Under the pieces are notes generated by a model. It ran no database searches and was not told the origin of the DNA. It saw only the letters and a list, made by a program, of their open reading frames with translations. The position numbers and the translations under genes are program-made. A stretch of DNA of 64,000 nucleotides from Chloroflexota bacterium (lineage in GTDB: Bacteria; Chloroflexota; UBA11872; VXOZ01). Below are positions 41,016 to 49,585 of the stretch, in pieces (position 1 is the first letter of the stretch; every line of letters starts with the position of its first letter). Location: positions 353,164 to 417,163 of the forward strand of contig OZ253463.1 in the NCBI GenBank assembly GCA_965261635.1, read 5' to 3'.

Positions 41016-42140
41016 CTATCCTTTCAGGCCGTGTTCCTCACGGTACTTTTCCCTCAATCGGTCGATACTCATACGTTCGCCGTTGGCACTCTCGAAGTAC
41101 CAAAAATCCCATCCGTTAAAGGCGGTCTGCCCAAGCAGGCTAGCCGCAACTTTATGAATTGAGCCCTTTACATTTCCTGACGAAAGTGTACCATCCGCAT
41201 GAATGATAGCTTCACACTCTCGACTCTGGGCGTAGAGAACCTGCCCTACCGACAAGTACCCTGCTTCGACGAGCGCGCTAAAACGTACGCGTGGCTGATT
41301 ACGTCTAGAGTTCGTGATTAACACACTGTCATCGTAAGGTAGGGGACAGATACTCTCGATGCGCTGGCGAGCAATCCGCACATAATTCACTTCCCGCTCA
41401 ATCCCAACGTAGTTTCGTTTAAGCTTTTTGGCAACTGCTCCGGTTGTACCGGAACCAAAAAATGGATCAAGCACGGTATCACCGGGATTGCTCGAAGCGA
41501 GTATCACTCGGTACAGCAAGGATTCCGGCTTTTGTGTGGAGTGTGCCTTTTCCCCATTTACCTTGATCCGCTCCGCGCCTGTGCAGAGCGGAATGTGCCA
41601 CACATTTGGCATCTGTTTTTCTTCGTTTATGTTTTTCATAGCGTGGTAATTGAACGTATATCGTCTTTGGCCCTCCGTCTTTTTTGCCCAGATTAACGTT
41701 TCCGTGGCATTCGTAAAGCGAGTACCGCGGAAATTCGGCATGGGGTTGGACTTGTGCCAAATTACGTTATTCAGTATCCAAAATCCCAAGTCCTGCATAA
41801 TGCTGCCCACGCGGAAGATATTGTGATACGTTCCGATGACCCAGATTGTGCCATCGTCCTTTAGCACACGCCGACAAGCTTCCAGCCATGCACGCGTGAA
41901 TTTGTCGTACTCTTGAAAACCAGAGAACTTGTCCCAGTTGTCATCTACCGCGTCTACAAGTGTTTGATTTGGGCGTATGAGTTCATTTTGCAACTGCAAG
42001 TTATAAGGAGGGTCAGCAAAAATCAAGTCTGCACTTCTTTCCGGCAACACCTGCAAGATGCGGATACAATCACCTTGGATGACTTCATTCAGGGGAAGTA
42101 CACTTCTTGTCGCTACCACGTTGGTTTCACGTTCAACCAC
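41016..42140 (-). CDS. Beta-class N6-adenine DNA methyltransferase, CcrM/M.HinfI family (GANTC-type)
   Basis: Near collinear with CcrM: IQGDCI...LPE.S.DLIFADPPYNLQL...L.RP....VDAVDD.WD.F.....YD.FTR.WL...RRVLKDDG.IWVIG.YHNIFRVG...QDLGFWILN...W.KSNPMPNF.GTRF.NA.ETLIWA, motif I DPFFGSGTTGA, and the CcrM-type C-terminal domain. Confidence 0.85.
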   Translation of the reverse strand: MVERETNVVATRSVLPLNEVIQGDCIRILQVLPERSADLIFADPPYNLQLQNELIRPNQTLVDAVDDNWDKFSGFQEYDKFTRAWLEACRRVLKDDGTIWVIGTYHNIFRVGSIMQDLGFWILNNVIWHKSNPMPNFRGTRFTNATETLIWAKKTEGQRRYTFNYHAMKNINEEKQMPNVWHIPLCTGAERIKVNGEKAHSTQKPESLLYRVILASSNPGDTVLDPFFGSGTTGAVAKKLKRNYVGIEREVNYVRIARQRIESICPLPYDDSVLITNSRRNQPRVRFSALVEAGYLSVGQVLYAQSRECEAIIHADGTLSSGNVKGSIHKVAASLLGQTAFNGWDFWYFESANGERMSIDRLREKYREEHGLKG

Positions 42141-42209
42141 TTGTATACCCTTCTATTGTTAACCATTCTGATGGACACACGATCAGGTGCATGCGTAATA
42201 GCATCTGGC

Positions 42210-42983
42210 TTACGACAGCCGCATTGGGATTCCCTTAGCGGCCAAGTATTCTTTTACCTCGCGCACGGTGAAGTGCTCGTAGTGGAAGATGGAGGCGGCG
42301 AGCACGGCGTGGGCGTGGCCCTGATCGAGGGCCTCAAAGAGGTGTTCCAGAGTGCCGCCGCCGCCACTGGCAATCACCGGCACGTCCACGGCGGCGCACA
42401 CGGCAGCGAGGAGTTCCAGGTCGTAGCCGGCCAACGTGCCGTCGGCATCGATGCTGTTGACCACGATCTCGCCCGCGCCGCGTGCCACGCCCTCGATCGC
42501 CCACGGCACCGCCTCGCCATCTGTCTGGCGGCGGCCGCCGTGGGTAAAGACATGCCACTTGATGGTGCCGTCAGCTTGGGGCACGCGCTTGACGTCCATG
42601 GAGAGCACGGTGCACTGGCTGCCGAAGCCCTCGGCCCCGGCGTTGATCAGATCGGGATTCTCCACCGCCGCCGTATTGATGGAGACCTTGTCCGCGCCCG
42701 CCATGAGCATGCGACGCATGTCCGGCGCCGTGCGAATGCCGCCGCCGACTGTGAGCGGAATGAAGAGCTGGTCGGCGGTGCGCTCTACGAGGTCTTGGAA
42801 GATACCGCGCTCTTCCGCCGAGGCGGTGATGTCGTAGTAGACCAGTTCGTCGGCGCTCTGCTCGTTGTAGCGCAGAGCCAGCTCGATGGGGTCGCCGGCG
42901 TCCTTGTCAGCGGAGAATTGCACGCCGCGCACCACGCGGCCGCGATGCACGTCGAGACAGGGGATTATGCGTGTTGTGAGCAT
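42210..42983 (-). CDS. hisF: Imidazole glycerol phosphate synthase cyclase subunit
   Basis: RIIPCLDV...G..V.GV.F, and full-length TIM-barrel HisF conservation. Start placed at MLTTRIIP. Confidence 0.9.
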   Translation of the reverse strand: MLTTRIIPCLDVHRGRVVRGVQFSADKDAGDPIELALRYNEQSADELVYYDITASAEERGIFQDLVERTADQLFIPLTVGGGIRTAPDMRRMLMAGADKVSINTAAVENPDLINAGAEGFGSQCTVLSMDVKRVPQADGTIKWHVFTHGGRRQTDGEAVPWAIEGVARGAGEIVVNSIDADGTLAGYDLELLAAVCAAVDVPVIASGGGGTLEHLFEALDQGHAHAVLAASIFHYEHFTVREVKEYLAAKGIPMRLS

Positions 42984-43274
42984 ACGGTTTACGTCGAAGA
43001 CCTTGAGAAACAATCCACAATTCGTGAACCGCTCGTCCCACACTTGGAACGGCGCACTTGAACACCTGGCACTCTTGTCGCCACCACCATGATAATTGAC
43101 GACATATCGCAGCGTCACGCTGGCAAGGGCTGTTGTCTGGTCAAAATAGTCTGTGCGTTGCTGGCAGGATCTTTGCTACTCATGCATCACGACTAAGCGC
43201 AAATAAACCACGTTCGTATCCAAGACAATCGCCCCTTGAAAGTACGGTATATTCTTTGCCCCAGCAGCTATTTC

Positions 43275-43970
43275 TTATTCCGTGCTCCCCCAGCTAGGCG
43301 GTTTCCTGATCGTGCCGTGCACGTCTGTCTGCGTGTTCGGGAATTGGCTCCGCCGCAGATGGCTCTTTCGAAGCCTCTTGACATAGGTTGCCGCATCTAC
43401 CAAGTCCCTGTGGGTGACATTGTTGGAGTCTGGATTTACCACTGCAACACGAAGGTGCAATCCTTCTCGCACGTACTGTATCGCGCTCGCAAAGTCCGAA
43501 TCGTTCTATACTATCACAGCATGCTCGTACTCGTGATTGAATCCGTCAACCAGAAGCCTGGTTACGAGGTTCACGTCTGAGCCCTTTTCCTCCGCCTCTC
43601 TAATTTGCACGTAATCCGGCAATCCCGCTATTGGGCTGACCAGCGGACGACGTTTGGTGCGCAACCGGAACGTGCCAAAATGGGCCTCGAAGTTCGGCAA
43701 AGTTGCTAGCGCCCTCAGATACACCTGTTGGCGCTGGGGCTGACCAGGGTCATTTGGACGCGCATCGAGCATCGCGGTAAAGTAACAGATTTGATTGATA
43801 GTATCTTTCGGAAAGAGCACCTCAGCGAGTTTGCGCAAATTTAGCCATTTGAAGGGAGTGTCCCTTAGAGCACGATAATATAGATTGAAACCGTCTACGT
43901 AGACGTTGGTCTTCACTTGACACTCCATCTGACCACTTAAAGACAGAGACCGCTCTGAGAGCGGCCTCAA
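43275..43970 (-). pseudogene. NYN/LabA-like (PIN-like nuclease) domain gene disrupted by frameshift
   Basis: Frame A (43506-43970) has the NYN N-terminus VYVDGFNLYY...EKGSDVNL. The adjacent frame B (43275-43472) continues with VAVVNPDSNNVTHRDLV, typical of the NYN C-terminal half. It lies in a lower-GC islet between hisA and hisF. Confidence 0.45.
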
Positions 43971-44168
43971 CCCTACCGCCTAAGCGATAGGGGCTGTATC
44001 TAGATATTAGCAAGTAGCCGAAAAGGTGTCAAGGGATTGTAGGCAGCAAGCCGGGGCCTTTTTCGTGCGCCTCTGTAGTTCACTCAGGCTGTTAGTTCCA
44101 ACAAAGGTCCCACGTCCCGATTGCCCGCCCTAGCACAATAAGAGTCAAACGAGGAGTCCCCGATTCGC

Positions 44169-44894
44169 TTATTGCCCCTGAATGCCCACCACATTCAGTG
44201 CTTCGGGCAGCGTGAACGCGCCCTTATAGAGCGCGGAGCCGACGATCGAGCCCTCAACGCCGAGGGTTGCCAGCCGCGTGAGGTGTTCGAGAGTCGCGAC
44301 CCCGCCGGAAGCAATCACCGGCGCGCTCACGGCCCGCGCCAGTGCCGCTGTTGCCTCGAAGTTGGGTTGGGAGAGCGTGCCGTCGCGCTCCACGTCGGTG
44401 TAGAGGAAGCGGCTCACACCGTTGGCGACCATCTGCTGCGCCAGGTCGAACATATCAACGCTGCTTTCCTGCTGCCAGCCGTGGGTCATCACCTTGCCGT
44501 TGCGGGCGTCCAGCGCCACCACCACCCGACCGGGGTAGCGTGCGCACGTTTCCGCCACCAGCGCGGGCTCCTCCAACGCCACCGTACCCAAGACAACCCG
44601 CGCCACACCCGCCGCGATCACCTCCTCGATGGCCGTCAGGTCGCGCAACCCGCCGCCCATCTGCACGGGTATCGACAGCGCTTCCGCCACGGCAGCCACC
44701 ACCGGCAGATTCCGGCTGCTGCCCTTCTCGGTGCCGTCCAGGTCTACCACGTGGAGCAGCGCCGCGCCCTGGGTCTCCCAGCCGCGGGCGGTCTCCACGG
44801 GATCGTGGGAAAATACCGTCCGCTGGGCGAAATCGCCTTTATAGAGGCGCACGACCACGCCGTCCTTGATGTCAATCGCGGGAATAACTTGCAT
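44169..44894 (-). CDS. hisA: Phosphoribosylformimino-5-aminoimidazole carboxamide ribotide isomerase
   Basis: MQVIPAIDIKDG...V.L.KGD N-terminus and the C-terminal phosphate-binding GG..IASGGV motif. Confidence 0.9.
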   Translation of the reverse strand: MQVIPAIDIKDGVVVRLYKGDFAQRTVFSHDPVETARGWETQGAALLHVVDLDGTEKGSSRNLPVVAAVAEALSIPVQMGGGLRDLTAIEEVIAAGVARVVLGTVALEEPALVAETCARYPGRVVVALDARNGKVMTHGWQQESSVDMFDLAQQMVANGVSRFLYTDVERDGTLSQPNFEATAALARAVSAPVIASGGVATLEHLTRLATLGVEGSIVGSALYKGAFTLPEALNVVGIQGQ

Positions 44895-45016
44895 ATCTAC
44901 TAAACCTACCGTGAACGCCGCTTGCCCGGGGAAATTCCACGAATCTTATCACCTGAACTCAATTTATGTTCCCTTGGCTGCGCAAGCGCATTCTTAATTG
45001 GCGTCTCATTTCGAGG

Positions 45017-45310
45017 TTGCTTGTCCCCCGCCTCTCCGGCATTGTGTCGTGGCGGCGGAACAGTAACCGTTCGTTCTGAGCCTGTCGAAGGATGAACAGG
45101 GGCTTGTCCCCCGCCTCTCCGGCATTGTGTCATGGCAGCGAAATAGTATCCGTTCGTCCTGAGCCTGTCGAAGGATGAACGGGAGGCTTGTCCCCCGCTC
45201 CTCAGCACCGTGTCATGGCGGCTGAACAGTATCCGTTCGTCCTGAGCATGCCTATCCTGAGCATGCCGAAGGGTCGAAGGATGAACGGGGCTTGTCCCCG
45301 CTTCTTGGCA
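45017..45310. repeat. Tandem array of three ~85-bp composite REP units in the hisA-hisH intergenic region
   Basis: Each unit is gcttgtcccccgcctctccggcattgtgtcatggcggc...ccgttcgtcctgagcctgtcgaaggatgaacgg. The second half is a palindrome (CCGTTC...GAACGG) of the dispersed CGTTCGTGCTGAG/GTCGAAG family. Confidence 0.55.
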
Positions 45311-45365
45311 CTTAGATAGCTACCATACCAGGCCATGCACTCGCAGACCCCAGCCCCACTTGACC

Positions 45366-46013
45366 TCAAGATTTAGCGTGCAGACCACTCGATGCACATG
45401 CCGTCGCGCCCGTTGCCCAGGCCACGAAATTCGCATAGAGCCGCAGGCCCATGGCGGCGCTCTTTTCCGGATGGAACTGGGTAGCAAAGACGTTCTCGCG
45501 CGCCAGCACGCTGGGAAAGGTCACGCCATAGTCGGTCGTACCGGCCGTAAGCGCGGCGTCGTCCGGATCGGTGTAGTACGAGTGCACGAAGTAGAAGTAG
45601 GCGTCGTCCGGGATACCGGCGAACATGGGATGCTCCTGCGCCTGGCGCACCTGGTTCCAGCCCATGTGCGGCACGGTAAGCCCTTTGGGGAAGCGCCGCA
45701 CCACGCCGGGATAGATATCCAGGCAAGGCGTGCCGCCATCCTCTTCACTCGCCGTCAGCAAGACCTGCAACCCCATGCAAATGCCGAAATAGGGCTTGCC
45801 GGACGCAATCGTCGCCTTCACCAGGTCGGTCATGCCGTGCCGCGCCAGCCCGCGAATAGTATCTCCCGCCGCCCCCACGCCGGGCAAAATCACAGCAGCA
45901 GAGCGCTCCACCACCGCCGGGTCCTGCGTCACCACATAGTCCTGCGTATACAACGCCACCGCGCGGCTAACACTTCGCAAATTCCCGGCACCGTAGTCAA
46001 TAATCGCAATCAT
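45366..46013 (-). CDS. hisH: Imidazole glycerol phosphate synthase glutaminase subunit
   Basis: MIAIIDYGAGNL N-terminus, catalytic Cys in GICMGLQ, and the C-terminal HPE. Confidence 0.9.
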   Translation of the reverse strand: MIAIIDYGAGNLRSVSRAVALYTQDYVVTQDPAVVERSAAVILPGVGAAGDTIRGLARHGMTDLVKATIASGKPYFGICMGLQVLLTASEEDGGTPCLDIYPGVVRRFPKGLTVPHMGWNQVRQAQEHPMFAGIPDDAYFYFVHSYYTDPDDAALTAGTTDYGVTFPSVLARENVFATQFHPEKSAAMGLRLYANFVAWATGATACASSGLHAKS

Positions 46014-46061
46014 GATAAAACGTCCACACCTATACGAAAGATCCACCAAAGTACGATACGC

Positions 46062-47576
46062 CTAAACGAACTTTCTTACACTCCTAATCTTACTTAACTC
46101 GTTGACGAGGAATTCTTGAGGCCGGTCGCCTTTTGTGCGATTACAATGCCCACAAAGTAATTGGAGGTTTTCCATATGGTCTGTACCGCCGCGTGAGCGT
46201 GGAATGACATGGTCAACTTCAAATATCTTGAACGGAAACTCCATTTTGCAGCCATTGCACTGCCCTTCTTGTTTGCCAAAGAGAACGTGCTTGTTCTGGC
46301 GATAGGGAACGGGCGTGTCGATGTCGGTTCGCTTTGGCGTATCGGAACGGGACACGACTAGTCGGTCGTGAAACAACCCGCCCATTGCGTCTGCAAGCCG
46401 AAATTTCACAAGTTCAACCGCTTTTGGCGACAGGTCAATACCAACCCACCTACGTCCCAGCGACTCGGCGGCGACGCAAGCAGTGGCGCAACCACAGAAC
46501 GGATCCAATACCAAGTCTCCAGGGTTGCTGCTCGCCGAGATGATGCGTTCCAACAGCGCCAATGGCTTTTGCGTCGGATAACCGATGCGCTCCTTGGCTT
46601 GTGCCTGCACGGGCAGTATATCGCTCATGAAATTGTTGCACTTCTGACCCGGCGTGGATGCTAGGTATCGCTTCAAAGCTGGCATGCCACCTTTCTTCTG
46701 CGGCCAGTAGAGCATCCCAGCATCGTCCAACGCATTCAGTCGGTCATGTACCCCTTTGATGCTCTTGTAACCCGGTATTACGTTTTCCTCAATCCAATCG
46801 GCGTAGGACCCAATGCTCGGAACTGCCCAGTGCCGTCCGCTGTTGTTCGGATCTGCATCCCTCCACGGCTCGCCGCTCTCCCCGGTTCTTGTTTCCGCTG
46901 CGGTTAGATCGGACAATCTGAACCGTCCGCGCTCTTCCTCGTGGCGGTAAAACTTGCGGATGTATTCGGGATCGTGAGGGACATATACATTGTTCCATGT
47001 CGCCCCTTGGCCCGCATAATAGAGCAATACATCGTAGACTCGCCCAAACCGCTCTCCGTCTGACCGTCCAGTCGTCCGCTTCCACGCTATTTCGTTCCTG
47101 AAGTCTGCCGCGCCAAAGACACTATCCAGCAGCAGCTTTAGGTAGTGGCTTGCCGTGGGGTCGCAGTGGAGGTAGATGCTTCCATTTTCTTTCAGTACGC
47201 GCTTCATTTCCATCAGCCGTACGGTCATCATGCATAGGTACGATTGCATTCCCTTGCCGTGCGTTAGGCCGGCCGTCTCAATGACTTTGTACACGGCGGG
47301 TTGCTCATCGGCGATCAAGCCCATCCAGGCAACATCGAGATCGGAGAGCGTCCATGTGTCCTTGAAGGCGGCGCCCGCCGCCACGCTCCCTACCGGCGCC
47401 GCATAAGTTCGGTTGGAATTGAATGGCGGGTCAAGGTAGATGAGATCGACACAACTGCTATTCAGACCTCTTAGGATGTCGAGGTTATCGCCTGTCCAGA
47501 TCGTTCTGTTCGCAAAGTTGGGGTCAGTGTTCATGCCAATTGTTCCATGCGCTACTGTAATTGCGGGAGTTGGCAA
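46062..47576 (-). CDS. Beta-class (N4C/N6A) DNA methyltransferase fused to a C-terminal HNH endonuclease domain
   Basis: The 504-aa ORF has motif IV LDPPFNS near the N-terminus and motif I DPFCGCATACVAAESLGRRWVGIDL late in the protein. It ends in an HNH module (CNGCK...DHVIPRSRGGTDHMENLQLLCGHCN). It lies in a lower-GC islet. Confidence 0.8.
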   Translation of the reverse strand: MPTPAITVAHGTIGMNTDPNFANRTIWTGDNLDILRGLNSSCVDLIYLDPPFNSNRTYAAPVGSVAAGAAFKDTWTLSDLDVAWMGLIADEQPAVYKVIETAGLTHGKGMQSYLCMMTVRLMEMKRVLKENGSIYLHCDPTASHYLKLLLDSVFGAADFRNEIAWKRTTGRSDGERFGRVYDVLLYYAGQGATWNNVYVPHDPEYIRKFYRHEEERGRFRLSDLTAAETRTGESGEPWRDADPNNSGRHWAVPSIGSYADWIEENVIPGYKSIKGVHDRLNALDDAGMLYWPQKKGGMPALKRYLASTPGQKCNNFMSDILPVQAQAKERIGYPTQKPLALLERIISASSNPGDLVLDPFCGCATACVAAESLGRRWVGIDLSPKAVELVKFRLADAMGGLFHDRLVVSRSDTPKRTDIDTPVPYRQNKHVLFGKQEGQCNGCKMEFPFKIFEVDHVIPRSRGGTDHMENLQLLCGHCNRTKGDRPQEFLVNELSKIRSVRKFV

Positions 47577-47713
47577 ATAAAGTATACTGCACGCTCTATT
47601 GACTGTGCTAAGCCTGCGAAAGCAACGACCAAGTGACTGGCACTCGTATTGTATGATTTAAGTAGTAGAGTCTCGCTCTCACAAGAAGCATATGGGGGAA
47701 GTTTGCTGTTATC

Positions 47714-49537
47714 ATGTATTTTCTAAAGCCCTCACCTAGAATCTCAGACTTTGACAATTGCGCCTGGGAAGAGGCGGTTGATTCAGCCTATGCGAAGAAG
47801 TGCTCAGCCTACTTTGAGTCTTTTAGAGACAAGATTACAGAAACAGCTGAAAGAGGAGATGAGCAACAGCAAAACGTATTCACGGTAATGTGGGCTGCTA
47901 CTTCACTTCATCTCAACAATCCTTCCGACGAATCTAACCCGTTTTGTCCAATTGCGACTGGTACTGGTTTCCGGTTTGCAGAAGTGGATGATTTTACGGA
48001 TGAGCATCTAGAGGTCTTTGGTAAGCTAATCTCAAGAATCAAGGATCCAGAACTACGTGCGCGCATCGCGGACATCGTATGGGTACGGAACCGCAGTCAC
48101 AAGGTAGCAGAGCAGGCAGTTGGCGCGTACTTGGAATCTGCAGGAAGATTAGAAGACACGGATGTGCCCGAGCCACCGTGCATAGACAGAATAAAACGTG
48201 CCGTTACCCTAGCGGTGTTGCACGGAAGAAAAACGCAGATGTTCAAGCAGGTCATAGCACACATTGAAGATACCCTCGAAAGACACAAAGAGAACGACCC
48301 CTCGTATTTGTCCGCAGAATTAATGAAAATGTTGCTAGAAAAGAAGGTGGGAGATGGTGCGACGTACGCGCAGCTTGCAGAAAGGCATGCCATCGCCGCA
48401 GAAAGTGACGAGGACTGGTATAGACCTAAGACTTACTTGGAGTTGCAAGCTCGCTGGCTCGAACGTGCGAAGGACAATACGGGCAGCAGAGCAGCACACA
48501 TTAGAGTGGCAGAGCAATACGAGCACGCGGCAAGAGATCTAGCAAACCGAGCACGACCAGACTACCTAACGGCAGCGGAGCTCCTCAAGAGCGCCATTCA
48601 AGCCTATCAGCGCATTGGCGGAGAAGAGGAACGTATAGAGAAACTGCATCGAGAACTCCTGGAATACCAGCGCAAGGGAACAGGCCAAATGGGACGAGTC
48701 TCTGCGGAGATCCCGATAGACGACTTGAGTGCATCTGCGATTAACGCAGTGAAGGAAAAGCCAAAAAGTGAAGCAATTCGTGCACTGGCTTTGATTGATG
48801 ACCCTTCTTACCTTGGTTTTCTGCGCCAGCACGTTGAACAGGAGAAGGAAGATTTTCCTTTGCTACATATTCTGCCCTGGATTCAGCAAGATGCATCAGG
48901 GCGAACACTCGGTTCTGTTCCATCGTCACTCTCGGATAGCGCGGAAGATAAAGCGGCTGCAACCCATTCTCACTTACTGAGACATGCAAGTCTAATGCGC
49001 TCGCTGATGGTACAAGCTCGCATTGAACCAGCACGGCGACAGATTCATCAAGAACACAGTATGTGCGAGCAAGACTTTGCACCATTCGTTGCTGACAATC
49101 CCTTCGTGCCGGAGGGCAGAGAAACGCAGTATGTCCGCGGTCTCCACGCTGGCCTAGAGGGCGACTTCGAAATTGCAGTCCCTCTTCTGATCCCGGAAGT
49201 GGAGAACTCTATAAGGCATGTTCTGTCTCTACGCGGAGTGGTCACTTCAGGCCTGGATTCAAAAGGTATTCAAAGAGTTTACGGATTGGGGAAATTGCTC
49301 CATCGTCCTGAATTGAAGAAAATCTTGGGCAACGACATAGCTTTTGACCTACAGGGCCTACTGGTTAAGTCGGAGACAGGGGTGGGAGACAATCTTCGGA
49401 ATCGAATGGCGCATGGCCTGATGGACGACAAGGATTTCTTTAGAACAGACGCAATCTACCTTTGGTGGCTGGCGCTTCACCTGCTCGTTCGCTTTCAAAT
49501 TGCACGTGATTCTCGTGTTGGTCAGAGCCAGAGCTAG
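47714..49537 (+). CDS. Large hypothetical protein with a C-terminal HEPN-like Rx4H motif (GDNLRNRMAHG)
   Basis: A 607-aa, mostly alpha-helical ORF transcribed divergently from the MTase-HNH gene. The C-terminal ~120 aa carry an R-N-x-x-A-H-G motif, characteristic of HEPN RNase active sites in Abi-type proteins. Confidence 0.5.
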   Translation: MYFLKPSPRISDFDNCAWEEAVDSAYAKKCSAYFESFRDKITETAERGDEQQQNVFTVMWAATSLHLNNPSDESNPFCPIATGTGFRFAEVDDFTDEHLEVFGKLISRIKDPELRARIADIVWVRNRSHKVAEQAVGAYLESAGRLEDTDVPEPPCIDRIKRAVTLAVLHGRKTQMFKQVIAHIEDTLERHKENDPSYLSAELMKMLLEKKVGDGATYAQLAERHAIAAESDEDWYRPKTYLELQARWLERAKDNTGSRAAHIRVAEQYEHAARDLANRARPDYLTAAELLKSAIQAYQRIGGEEERIEKLHRELLEYQRKGTGQMGRVSAEIPIDDLSASAINAVKEKPKSEAIRALALIDDPSYLGFLRQHVEQEKEDFPLLHILPWIQQDASGRTLGSVPSSLSDSAEDKAAATHSHLLRHASLMRSLMVQARIEPARRQIHQEHSMCEQDFAPFVADNPFVPEGRETQYVRGLHAGLEGDFEIAVPLLIPEVENSIRHVLSLRGVVTSGLDSKGIQRVYGLGKLLHRPELKKILGNDIAFDLQGLLVKSETGVGDNLRNRMAHGLMDDKDFFRTDAIYLWWLALHLLVRFQIARDSRVGQSQS

Positions 49538-49585
49538 CAGATCAAGACCTAAAGATCGAAACCTTAGTTGCTAGCCAGCCGATGC

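Noticed and set aside
45017-45310. Possible CRISPR array between hisA and hisH
   Set aside because: Three ~85-bp composite units sit head-to-tail with no spacers. Each is built from two dispersed REP modules.
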